Shown in pieces: positions 1 through 14,200 of a DNA stretch of 64,000 nt (position 1 is the first letter of the stretch; each line of letters begins with the position of its first letter). A model generated the notes under the pieces. That model saw only the letters and a program-made list of their open reading frames with translations. It was not told the DNA's origin and ran no database searches. The DNA lies in the NCBI RefSeq assembly GCF_964355755.1, contig NC_092672.1, positions 19,915,237 through 19,979,236 of the forward strand, written 5' to 3'. The position numbers and the translations under genes are program-made. The DNA is from Antedon mediterranea (lineage: Eukaryota; Animalia; Echinodermata).

Positions 1-112
1 ACAGATTTAGTTATTCAAGTTATTTAAAATGACATTAAATGCTGTATAAGTATTAATGTGTATTACAACTAAAAATATCAATGTTAGGAAAAATTTAACT
101 AGATCATTATAA

Positions 113-277
113 AGCTCTGTTTACACTATTAAACTTTATGTGACAAAAAAATGTGATTTGCCCATATATGGACAAAATGATGCCATATCACCACCATATT
201 TGGGCAAATCACCACCATATTTGGGCACATCACACATTTTTTTGTAAATCTAGTCTAGTGATAGTGTAGACATAGCT
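113..277. mobile_element. Short palindromic MITE-like element
   Basis: agctctgtttacactat pairs with atagtgtagacatagct; inner arms aaaatgtgatttgcccatatatgg / ccatatttgggcacatcacacatttt. Confidence 0.65.
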
Positions 278-1140
278 GAAGTTGAGCAACATGACAGAAA
301 GAACTGTTTTTACTATATAACAGGCACATGAACATGAGTTTTAAACCGCCTGATTATATACTGAAATTTGATTAATTAATTTGAAACAATAAAGATGAGG
401 AAACATAAGAATATTTAAATTACAAATAAATTGACATTTAGTCCTTAATTATGACACTCAAAATCTTAAAACATTAATCCTCTCAACATTTTAAAAATTC
501 TATAAGAATAATATTTAATATAATGTTGTTTTACTCTACTATCACTTTGTTCTATATTTATTTTACTGCATGTTTGTGTCTTTGTCTTTCTTATTCTGAA
601 ATATTTAAAGTTATTGGTGAACTCTACACAGTAGGCACATTGTAAATAAACTATAGAAATTGATACCAAGAACTATGTTTATCGTCATTCTTTTAGAGAA
701 TCAAGACAGATTTTGTGGATTCATTTATTTCAAGATGGATATTTTCAATAATCCTCATTATGGGATAATTTTAAAAATATGTTACCACTGTTATAATAGA
801 CAAACCAATTTCACAAGAAGAAAATATGTGAATGAAATCATTAAGATTAGATTTGGGTTATGGCTGGTAGATTGTATACATTACAATTCGTACTAATTGT
901 GATAATATAATAAGACACACTATCACTCTAATAAATAGTAAACTGAATCAACAAATTAAACTTATTATAAATGATGGCAAATAATCACAATAAAAGCTTA
1001 AAAAATGCTTGCTCATTTGACTGGCACATAATTAGTATGTTATGTTCAGGCCTAATTTGTCTAATTTTTTCTTAAGTACTTGACTACAGTCGGTAGTATA
1101 ATAGCAATAATACTTGTTATTCTTTCAATGATTATTATTA

Positions 1141-1329
1141 TTTTTTTTTTTTACCATATTTAATGAGGGTGATCCATCCAGCAATTGCTGATCATTAGGG
1201 ACCCTCAGAGGTTCACAAGACAAACATATACACAAGATACTCTACATAAACAAAGTCTTATTACAAGTTTTTGGGAGTGGAGTTGTAATGTTTTCTGACA
1301 TGTGACAGGACTTGAACCCAGGATCCTTA
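1141..1329 (-). mobile_element. 5'-truncated tRNA-derived SINE, same family as 41128..41367
   Basis: Shares about 115 nt with the 41128 copy including B box GGTTCAAGTCC; poly-T (poly-A tail on - strand) at the left. Confidence 0.65.
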
Positions 1330-2122
1330 ATTATGATAACACACTGTCTGTTATTATTTCATAGATCCTAAATGTATATCAAAGCAATGCTGAAAATTAG
1401 TATTATACAATGTTTGTTATAAAAGACATTAAGTTTTAATTGATTAATTTTATTGATTAAAATTTTTTTATTAGATTTATATTTTTTGCACGACAAAATA
1501 ATATGAAAGAAAATATATACTAAATAATTGTGAATAAAAAGTGAGGTTATGATTACACTGTCAACAATTGTGATGTACAAAATAAAAATGCCTACACACA
1601 AAACACACACAATAAACAGTAGGCCTAAATGATTATCAACAAGCTATTACAAGTTGGAGTGGTGCAATTGAATATTAACAGCTACCAACACAATTTGAAA
1701 TTTAAAATAAATTGTCCAGTTTTATAATTGCACTGTAAAATAATCCTATAAATGAAATTGTTTAAAACATGTAGGATACCTTTTATTTTCACAATAGTTT
1801 TGCATTAAAATAAAATTGATTATAGATGATATAGTTAGTATACTGTTATCTGCTTAATATTTCAGAATATAAATACCTTGATCATGAGCATAAGAATAGT
1901 TTACAAAAAAACAATACATTTTACAATGCTTTGTAGAAATAATCATTTAAAATTGATTGTTGTTTTTAGAAAAATCATTTTCAACATTGAAAAAAATATT
2001 AACTTTATTAAATTAAGGATATTTATAAGATTATTAATATTAGTCATTTTTTTGTGTTCGATATTAAGGAATATGATGTACATGTTTTGTAACTGTTGTT
2101 TATTATTTAATATTTTCAATAG

Positions 2123-2221
2123 AATGGCTGGACAGCATTAATTTATGCTGCTAATGCAGGTAATACAACCATGTGCCAACTGGTCTTAGATGGTGGAGCT
2201 GATGTCAATATGCAGACTAAT
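2123..2221 (+). CDS. Exon A, ankyrin repeat NGWTALIYAANAGNTTMCQLVLDGGADVNMQTN
   Basis: 99 nt, ag|...|gtaagt, phase 0-0, fits the 33-aa ankyrin consensus. Confidence 0.9.
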
Positions 2222-5200
2222 GTAAGTCATACACACAGTTTATAACATTAATTTAACCTTCAGTGAAACAAATCAATAAATTTAAACTATTGTTTTTAGA
2301 ATTTAGATGACTACCAGTACTATAAGACTTTAGGAAAATCATAGATGTTATATAATATCTCTATGGGAAGATTAATTTAGTTGACAATACACTACTGTAG
2401 TATCCATGTTACTATACTATTGTAGTTATATTATAATAATACCAATTCTCGTAACATTATTTTAAATATATCTTTTATATTCTTAAAATGAATAGAATAA
2501 CACAATACTGGTGTGTATATATAGGTCAATATAGAAATGATGAATGTTATAAGTTATAAACACATGCGTAATAACTTATTTTCTTCTTTTTTACAAATTC
2601 TCATACTATTACTATTCTGTTTAAATTTGCAATCAAATTTTTTTATTAAGAACATGTATACTTCAAGTTAATTGTTTACACACTGTTATACCATAACATT
2701 AATATGTGTATTAAATAAAATACACATTTATTTTCCATAATTCATTGCCGAATGCTGCTTTTAGAAAAGTGTGAAATGAATTTTACACCACAGTTTTTAA
2801 AAATTGTTGCTATTGATTAATAAAAATGCTGATAGCATGCATCTATACATACAGGGTATCAATATAACCCAATTGTACTAGGAATGTTATATGTAGTTTC
2901 AACATTATCCAACATCTTCGATCCAATTTTGTGGTCAATGGGGTGGAAATTCCCCACTTTTTGTATGTTTGTCTGTTTTTTGTTATTGCATGCATCCATA
3001 TGGTAAATAAAAATGGCCACAATTAGGGAGAGCGTGGGGTATTAATGAGGTATCAAACTTTACTTGATTGCAATTGTACTGTGTTTTAAACTATAATTGT
3101 AACTTGCCCTTGGGCAAGTACACTTACTAGTTTGAGATATACTTTTATTCAACTGTGATATATTATTGTAAAAAGATTCTTGTTGTGTTGTTTTTGTTTT
3201 ATTAACAAAAATGTGCATTTTTCTAAACTATATTTATTTTTTAAATGTTAAATAGATTGGCAATACAGCATTGCATTTGGCTGCAGCAAATGGTCACGTC
3301 GATGTCTGCCAAACATTGGTAGACATGGCAGCAGCAGTGGACCAACAAAATAATGTGAGTCATAAATTAATTTTTGTAATCGCATTCATGATCAGAATCC
3401 TAAATTGTGTACATATTAACTTTAGATTAAAATGCTTGTTCCTCAAACAGAATTGCACAAACTGCATTCCTAAAGAATGTAATTATTTTATTACGGTATA
3501 GTTATTACGGTATATGTTAATACCTTCATATTTTTTCTTATTTTAAATTTTATTCAATTGTCTAATTATTCAGCATCTTAAATTTAACAAATTTACCATC
3601 AAGATAGTGCAGGCAAGTCAACATTGACCGAAAAAAAATTAAACAAGTTTAAAATGCTATTTTTGGGGCTATTAAAAATCTGCAGTTAATCTAGCAATCA
3701 TTGGGTGGATTACTGTAATTTGGTTATTAAAATCACTTTGGTTTTGAAGTTTCTTGTTGGTATGACAACTACAACTAATGCAGCTCCTGCATTGTATCTC
3801 TCTCAGAATATCCTTGTATAATCAATCTTCTTCAAACTTTTTTTTATCATTACATTAGTAATGGTAATTTTAATACAATTTTAATATTATTGAATGCTTT
3901 TCATGTTGGCAACAAATTTGTCACTGTGTGTATAATTGTGGTAAATTAAAACAAAATAAGAATGCCAGTTTTGCTATAAAAAAGGAAAGCTTAAAAATCG
4001 TCTACGGTAAATATTTGGCGCATGCTCATTGAACACCAAAGATCGAATCAAGTTTTTCTTTTTTTGGATGATCACTCTTTCTTTACATTTGCTCATTAGC
4101 TTTTTTCTGTTAGCAAATGTGCACTATTATAACATTATATTTCCATACCTTCATTCCTATCAATCAATCCTTCTGGTTGCTATGTTTCATATAGTTGAAA
4201 TGAAGAAAGACCACAAAGACAAAGACATTCAAAATGCACATGCTCAAAATTTAGGCAGTAACACTTATTAAGAAATAATCTTTTGGTTCACATACATTTA
4301 CTTACTGTCAATCGATAGTATTATCAGCATTCATGATACTGTGGCTATTAGTCCAGTCAGAAATCACCCTCACCATGGTATAAGAATGTACCTTAATAAC
4401 ATTTCATCCGTAGGTCCTACTGTATGTATATTGGTAATAACATTTCTTGATTTTGCGTCTTGCAAAACTTGTGATTTTAAGAGAAAATTATAGTTTTATA
4501 CCCAATTTATAACCGCCTTATGTCGTATTATTGTGTACAGCGAATGCGACGAAGCGTGACTGAAATTTCGATTAACAAAGCTATTTGAAAAAAATAATAG
4601 TTTATACAATAATTTAAGTATAGTTTACAATAAATTAAGTAATAAAATACATAACATATAAAGAAAACCCAAGTATAAACTAAAATATTTACAGATATGT
4701 GTTTAAAAATGTACAAATAAAAATGGCTTTCCATAAAATAAAGTGCGCCCTCACTCGTCCTTCTTTTATTGGACTAGTATGGATTTTGTTAGTTATTGCC
4801 AATTCTCCTTTTTTTTAAGACGTGACTTAATATATACAAATAAAGTTTGTTGGTGGAGAGTAGTCCTATTGTACAATGATAATTATTATTGGACATTTTA
4901 TACACAAAAGCATCTCATAAATGATCGGTTCACCTCCACGGCCTGAAAGTTCTCACTTGGGACGAGAAAGTAAAGCCCAGAACAAAAGTTGTATATGCAT
5001 TTATTTTAAATATTGTTAGAACACAGTAGTTTAATATGTTGACTTATTCAAATGCTTATAAATAACGTTTTGAACTTAAAAGATGTATTGTCCCCAAAAG
5101 TGAAGATGGAAATTAATTAATTAATTAAATGTAAAATAATAACACAGTTATTTGTCAGACATCTTCGAACTTATATAAAGAATCTTCGGGGCAGGATTAC

Positions 5201-8200
5201 ATTTTCTAAAACACGAAATTGTTCATACGATACGGATGCCAAAAATAGACAATTCAAAGAAACTCAAATAAAACTAACAATCACAAGGATTACTTTGTTG
5301 CGGATAACCAATGAGAAAATATTTCAGACGACTTTATTCATTTCATCTTTATTATCGTATACGTGAAATGTCATTTAAATGATTCTTACTCAAATTAACA
5401 TTGACTATAATCACGAATATGCAATGCATTGTGATATCCACGCAAGTAATGCTGTGAAAAAAAAAAGAATGTCCAAAATAAAACCAGATAATTAGGAAAT
5501 CATTACGTGTTTAGCAGATATACAATATGCACTTAATTCATCATGATGGTATACTGGAGGTTGTGTTTAAATATATACAATCCTTTTTTTCCATGATAAA
5601 AAATAGAAATATATTTGTGAAAATATAATATTCTGCCTCTTGCGTAAAAAAAAGAGGCAATAACTAACAAAATCCATACAAGTCTGATAAAAGAATGACA
5701 AGTGCGGGCGCACTTTATTTTATGGAAGGCCACAAGTTTTGCAAGACGCAACATCAAGAAATGTTATTGCCAATATACATAAAACCTACGGATGAAATTT
5801 TATTAGGGTACGTTCTTATAGCATGGTGAGGGTGATTTTTGACTGGACTATATGAATGATGAAGTTAGGGTAAAGAGATATCAACATGACCAGAGGATTG
5901 GTACCTGCTGTCTCTTTTTTTTATAAATTTGTTAAATTATTAAATCTTACTTAAAACAATTTTTGCTCCTTTAATGTACAGGATATCACCATTTTAGTAT
6001 TTGAATTGTACAAATTTATCAGTCTTATGTAGTAGGTTGCACTGCATTTCTGCATAATGCATATTTTTCTTGACTTTTTACACTAGAGAATGGTCCTACT
6101 TCCCTTCCCCTGTAGAGCACCGTATCAAGAATGTTAAATAACTGACAAGAGAAAATAAAAGTACAATTGCTTGTCTACAAACACTTTATTCACAGTACAC
6201 ATATGGCTGGCTACTAGTTGATTTCATTGATTAAATAGTGATAATAATGTGGTCCCATGCCTTCTACTCTCTATCAGCATGTGTATATGTGTCCAACAAT
6301 AATGTCCAACCACCAATAGTTCTTGATAGTTCAGACACTGAATTATTTAATATTTTAAATAAACCAAAATAAATTTACACAATCTAGTATTTTTGTAAAA
6401 AATTAATAAAATATGCACTTAAATGTTAATTTTCTTTTTACCCAAACCTTGTATTATTTTTAGATAAATACAGAATTTCATTTATAGTATTGTGGTACAA
6501 AACTATGGAACAATCAAGACCTTCTGTTTATGAATTATTTCTTGTACTGTAGGTGTTTTTGATTAGTTTTATAAACTACACCTTGTCACCTTCTGTCAAT
6601 TATTTAAGAATTACTGACATTCAATGATAGAAGTTTCTCCTTCATCTAATGTTCTAGGAAGCAGTATTGTTATATTTTTTTTTATTGAGAATTGTCCTAT
6701 AATTTCACACATAAATTAATTATTCCCTGAGATTTGGAATCAAAATAAACTGTACATTGACTTAGGAATGTATTTAATAATTGCCCTGATTTAATGCACA
6801 ACTATTAATTTAGATTGTATACTGGCTTTTTCTTTTATCCAAATGTACATATGAAAAACATAAGCACTCATTTTGAGGGCTTGTGATGAGTTGAAAATCA
6901 AATAACAATATTATCAAGTTAAAGTTCAATACAATTTTTTCCATAATGGTCAAATGAATACAAAACAGAAAATATATTTAGGTTAATACATAATTTGTTT
7001 AAAAAGTAGAATGAAATGATACATGAATAAAGGTACAGTATAACCATACAGGAACTTAAAATAAATAAATAAAATCAACAGAAATATAGACAATAGTGTA
7101 TAATTTCATCAGAAAAGTAGTTGGACAGATACTGATATTTCAAATATTATTTAAAAGTCTTTATAATTAGAAACAATGGTTAAATCAAGACTATTTCACT
7201 TATATTTGGGTTAAAACATCATTGTTTGTTTAAAATAATTGGCAAACTCTACAATCCTCCAAAAAACATAGCAAGCCGCATTTAACCAACATAAAAGTGA
7301 TTGAATCAGTAGTGTACAACTCACTTGGTTTGTGAATTAAAAAATCATTTTTTGTTATTAAAATAAAATAAAGTTGTATCATCTGAAAAAAAAGGTTGTC
7401 TGGAAGATTTACTAATTATTAATTTGAAATAATGATTTGATCTGCAAGATAGCTTTTAAATCAATCTAAGAAAGGCCCCAAAATACCATAACTTAAAAAT
7501 ATAAGGGTTAAAATTAACAACATCAAATGTTTTTGATAAATCTAGAAAAAAATAAACATCAATAATTTTTTTAACATGAGGTGTATTGTTACTTTCTTTA
7601 CCAGGATTAATTATAGACTGTATTACTTCTCATTTTTTATGTTACATTTATTCTCATTGAATTTAGTTTCGTAGCATTTTTTTCTTTGAAATGTGACAGT
7701 GCAGTAAATAATGTTGCTATACTTTTTATATCTTGAAATATCGGAAAATTTATGAATTTGTTAAAGTTTATGCTTATGTTTACTAAATTTATTTAGATGG
7801 GGTGAGTAGAGGGGTGTCATCCATAGTTGTTTTCGTGTTTTGTTTTTTTCTTGAACTGAAAAAAGTATATAAAAAAATGTATCCAACATTAGTATAGTTT
7901 AGACCAATCAGTTTGAGAAAGATAAAAGCAAAATACACCTATATCTCTAATTCAGTATGAATGGTCAGGAACGTCAACCTTATTTAAAGTTAATCATAAT
8001 CAATTATTTTTGACATAGGTAAATAATCAGAGATGAATTGTAATACCCGAATAAAAAAACCAAAATTGGTAGGCCTATGGTTTGTGTAAAAATAATCAAT
8101 AAGTTCTGCATTAGTTTTTGTAATTCTCTTGATTTAGAAATCGTAAGGAAAAAAGAAAAATAGTTGATAAGATGATATAAAATAATTATTAGTTAGATTA

Positions 8201-11200
8201 TGCTTATTAAATTTGATTAAAACAATGTTGAATTCTCCCACAATATTACAAAATATTCATGATTTAAATCTTGAAAACAATTAATTTATAATAACCACAA
8301 AATGTTCTATGTTATTAGATTTCAGTTGACTTAAATAAAGCCAAATATAGAATTCTTTTTTGTTTATAAAAGCAAATCACATATAGTTCTTTTGTTAATA
8401 ATAAATCTGGTTATATTTTGTAATAAAAAAAAACAATAATTGTGTTCTGGAATGTTCATTTTTATTAAATACATTATGCGTATGACAAAAAGGGTGATTT
8501 GTTTAGAAAGATTTCTGAATCATAAACATTACACATTGTATATTGTACCTACCTACTGTAAGTCATGACCAACATATAGTATGTGTAATGATTACCATTT
8601 TTAATCACTTTCCTTCATTAAATGCCTTTTCTGGATGTCGGCAGCCGGCAGATCATCTATCACATAAAAGGGTGTTTCCATCATAGCCTTAGTTTTTCGA
8701 ATCACAATGAATCTCTACGGCCTATAGGCCTAAATGATAATGTGTCTTGGGCATAGATCTTCACCTAAATTTTTCCAGTTACAAGGTGCATTTGATCTTT
8801 TCCCTTGATGATTGTCACCAAATCTTAGGTTGTAGCTTCTAGAATGCCTTTCAACTCGTAGCAATTCAGCTTCCATGTAGCTATTGTATCCTGTTTATAT
8901 TTGATGTTTCACACATTCATGTCAAACTATCCGTTGTAGCTTTAAATCTATCCTTAGTTTTACTTTGAAGTAAATAGGTGAACAAAGCTATAGAGAGAAA
9001 ATGTTCATACTTCAATCGTCAATTATGACGTCATAAACAAGGTACCAATCGAAAAAAGTGCGATTTATAATGTACTACTCCTCCGTTATTTGTTGTAGTA
9101 CTTCTGCTCCCGGAAATAGCAAAAAATTGCTGTATTTGGTAGCAAGGTTATTGATGTGTATGTGACGTTACATCCCGTCTTCTGACGTCATTACAGCTTC
9201 TTTTGCTGTACCCCGAGTATCGCACATTCGTACTTGTTTATTCATAGCATGTTCAGTAGGCTTAGTTTTTTTACCTATACTATGAATTTGTGTTTTTCTT
9301 GTATTCATAGTTCCAGATAAAGCACTAATAATGTGTTATGAATACTCAGGCTTATATTCTTAGTAAAATGTAATTACTTTAGACTTGCAGAATTATCAAC
9401 TGTTGGGAATTAAATATTATGCAGAGCAAGTATGTCTTCACTCAGAGATGTTCATAGCACTTTAATTTTACTGTAAATAAGAATTTGAGTTCTCTACACT
9501 AAAGGTTATTCACATGACAGTATGTAATACTAATAGTGATATGTAAAAGGAATTTAATAATAAATCATAATCATCAGAAATAGAAAAATTTATTTAATTA
9601 ATACAAATTGTTCAATACAATTTAAAATATTTAATATTCCTAGAGTATTATCACAAATAGATAATCATTTCAATTTGTTGCATTCAAAATACAGTAGGAA
9701 GGTTTGTTAATTATATAATTGTATTACTCGATAATTTTTTTAACTCCATCTTTGGTATTCTTTGAAAATTACCTTTTTTTTCAATGAGCTTGCCTGAATC
9801 TTCGACTGTCTGGTATTTTCAATTCTCCTTCTCTTTTTTTATTTGGAGATAATATCATATTTTGTATCATCTTCTTCCCAACTTTTTTATTATTTTTTTC
9901 TGGGAGCCTAGGCGTAAAGTTTTTAAACTTATATAGGTTTCCTTCCACACTATGTTTTTTGTTGGTTATTATTACAAGTGTTTATATAATTATTATTTGA
10001 TGTATTTTTAATATATGTGTGGAGAACATTTATTGAATATTTATTTATTGAATATTGAACAAATCAAATCAAATAAAAAAAATCATAATATAATAATGTT
10101 GTGTATGTATGCCTTAGTAAACATGTTGTATATGAATACCATTGGGCTACTGGATTAAATTTTGGTTTATATCTAGTAGGAATACAATTAATGTGCATTA
10201 TTAGAGTAAGCTAAGCTAGTGGCATGTTTTGAAATTAAAATGACCATTTTGATTAACTGACATTATATAAATGAAAGTTAAACTATTGTTTAATAGTGAG
10301 TATACAGTACGTGTACTCTTTAATGTTATGATTTTCTAAAAACCAAATGATGGTTACCTCACTAATAGAGTTAGCCTAGGCTTCTAGGATTATAATAGGC
10401 CTACCTAGCAGACAATATTTTTGTGAATAGAATAATTAAATAAAATACTTTTTATCTTTTTCTGTTTGGACATTTGAATCAATCAAATTGAAAAAATACA
10501 TTTATAGTTGTGACTACATTAGGTGTTCTGTAAATCATTTGTCATGCAACATGGAAATATTGCTGTTTTAGGACATAGCATCATAACTCAGGTTTTCATA
10601 GCCATAAAAGACTCTCCTAATTTTAACCATGATTTGTATGGTTTCAGGCTTTTACAGTTTTTAATATTGTATTGGTGTTATGTGTGTCAGTTATTTCAAA
10701 CCTAAACTTTTAACTGTTTAGGATTTTAATAAACTTCAACAGTTTTTTTCCCTTTTTGAACATGTCGTCAAAAAACTCCCTTCTTATTTTTCTTAACCAA
10801 ATTTCTTAAATTTTCTTAACAAACTCCGTAATCCACTTTTAATACTAGGGCCTCACACGCCCTTCATCTTCCTTTAACTAAACTTTCTTTAATTCAACAC
10901 AATGTCTAATAAGTGCCTCTAAATTATTGAATGCACTTCCTAATGATATCACATGTACCCCGATCTCAAGCAATTGTTTTCTGTATTTTCATCAAATTAC
11001 TACAGTAGTATATTTTAAATGATTATTGTCAGCCGTTTTTCATCTCCTCTGTCCCATATGGCTAAAAAATTCCAATAATTACCATTTATATCGTTTAGTG
11101 TCTTTATGCTTCCTGTTTATTTGTTTGTTTTTTTTGTACGTGTTTTGTTCTGTCTTTTTGTTATATTGTACATGGCTTGCCCACCACAAGTAACTTCTAG

Positions 11201-14200
11201 TTTAGCCTCTTCTTTTTAGCATTTAAAAAAAATGTTATATGTTTATTTTTTGAAGCAGAAGTATATTTATTATTATTTTAATAATTTAACATCAAATAAA
11301 TAGTCATAAAATTAAATCTTCTTTATTTATATATATTCCTCTTTTTGTTTTCTTTTGAAAAAGATTTTAATACACCAAAAAAAACAAAAACACAAATATA
11401 AACATCTACCCTGTATACAAATGGGGTCAGATCATTTTTCTATTTGACCTATTCGCTTCCCTTCAATATCTACAACCGTCGTTAGAACAGAATAATCTGG
11501 ATTTTTTTGTTTTACATTAATCCAAGTTAATCAACTACCACACTTTATTTCAAATAATAACATTTTTTAGCATAATTATTTTTTTTGTTAAATGGCTGCA
11601 TAATTAGTTATCCACACCTTGGCGGATAACTCATTGTGATTGTATAAAATCATCATCAACTTTTTTTATCTGTATTATTCTTCTTTCATTCCATATTTCA
11701 TAACTTTGTAAAGTTTTGTGCACCTCCTACTTTTTAAAAACGTCAGAGTTGCGCAACATGCCTTTCGCACGATTTTATGAATTTAAATGATTGATCATAG
11801 ATTAAAAACCAAACGTCATTTTGTATTGACACTTTTTAAATTTAAGTCATATCAAGAGTAACTTTCTGTGGATTGAAAATGCCATGCTTCACACAAAGTT
11901 ACGAGCACAAGATTTTTTCTTATAACCAACACCTGCAATTGCTGTAACTAATAATGCGTATTTTCATTATAAGCCTTAAAAGAATTGAAAAGTCAATTAA
12001 ACCATCAAATATTATTTTAATGATTTTACTGATTTTGATTTTAAATGTATTATGGCTACCCTTACAGTACATGATGGCATTGTTAACCCTATTTCACATT
12101 GACCATTCTTATTATTTTAAATGTATTATGGCTACTCATACATGCTGATTGCATTCTTAACCCTATTTCACATTGACTATTCTTTTTATTGTACAAGTTA
12201 CTAAATGTTTTAGTTTATTTAATTCACTTCCCACAACTTAGTCAATAATCACCTTGACAAATTTCAATATAAATTTACATCCTTGTTCATCCTGTTTTTC
12301 ATCACTGTTTTCCTCCTTGTACTCTATTTGCACAAACATACTTTGCCTATTATATTATTCTTAATAGTGTTGTTGTTTACAATAGTGATGAAAGCATTAA
12401 TTTTGGAAAATTTCTGTAATTTCGCGTGGAAGTAATCATATTTATCTTAATTTATGTCATGTTCATCCCACCAAAATCTGATGATGAAAACAGTTACCAT
12501 GAAATTAGTACTTATGTAGAAACAAGGCTATAAAAAAAAAAGATAGATTCGGGGTTTAACAAAATATATGACATAATCCTAACCGACTGAAAACATCTAT
12601 TGAAATCCTCCATACATTATGTAGAAGAGCTGACTATTGCAATATGCTTTATTAGTTGATGCCATTCCAAAAGATTGTATAAGTATAATTAAGAATCATA
12701 ACAACAATATGTCTGTACATATTAAGGATGAATGTATTATAACAATTAAATAACACATAACACATAACAGCAAAATGTATACTCGCTTTAAATCAAAAGC
12801 TATTACTTCTCGTGTTTTAAACAAATGGAATGTTGCTCTCAACGCCCAAAACATAAATCCGATAAAGAAGGTGAAAAATGAAAAAATATACTAAATTATA
12901 AACCATTACATAAAATTGTTCCAACTAACTTACAGCTGTATCTGGAAATTGAAAAAAATGAATGTTATATGTGTTATTGAAAATGAAAAGCATATGTTCT
13001 TTTATATTGTATACATAACAAATTATGGAAAACATTTTTATAGGAATAGACAATAGCAGAAGTTCATTTAAAGAACCTCTTTAATGCATAGCTCAGATTG
13101 TCTACAGTATATACATATATACAGTGCAATGCTTTAAGTATCTAATACCTTGCAATTGTATATTCTTTTAACAATCATAAATCAAACAGGTTTGATAATG
13201 CATTTTTTCTCATATTTGTATAATTTTCTAACAATTTGAATAAAATAGGTGTTTATCAAGTCAATACTGTATTCAAATTTAGGAACAGCTTATAATCACA
13301 AAATGATGGGATCATTGTGCACTTTGTAATATTAATAATTCATTATATGATGTATTGATACTTTAACACTTCTTTATTGTATCTTGAAATTTGTTGTTAT
13401 CATTGATACAATAATACATGAATCAGGTGTCAAGTGTCAACAATTATAGAGCATTCATAATAACAGTTAATGTTGACTGATATGATTTTACTGTACCTTT
13501 CATCTCATCTTGAAAATTAAAAAAGTAAATAAAAATTAATCAAATATTAAAAATAATACAAATATAATCTATATATATACAGCCATGAAAAATAGGAATA
13601 CCAATACTCAAAAATACAAAAAGATGGGATTTGTAATTTAATGAATAGAGCACGCAAACAGACAGAAAACATTTTTGTTTTTGGTTATGCATTTTGTTTA
13701 ATACAATTCAATACCCACATTCTGGATTTCTGTAGTACATTTATCTTTTCAGTTCATATTTTATGCATACAAAATTGAGAACCACCAATTCATCACCATT
13801 TCCACTTACATTAAAGCAATAATTAGTATTATAGTATTTTGTTATGATGAACTATTATAATTTTATTTAAAGCAATTTCAGATAAAAGCTATGCATAGAA
13901 ATCTTTTGAATTGCAATAAATAAACACATGACCTTTTTCTACGACAATTAAAAAACGCCGTGGTTAGGATTCCGGCACCGGAACTCAACTGCCCACCGTT
14001 AGGGAATCCGACACGCTATTGCGCATGCTCAGAGCTCTGGGAGGTGAATAATTATAGCTTGTGCCATGCCACACTGCACACCACACTACCACTGCTGAGG
14101 GCTGAGAGTCGGAGTGTTAGGATTTACTGTAGCCTAGTTAGTCGTTGCGCGAGCGAGAGAGCGATGGATTAAACTTGGCCTAGGCCTATTCAGCCCACGA

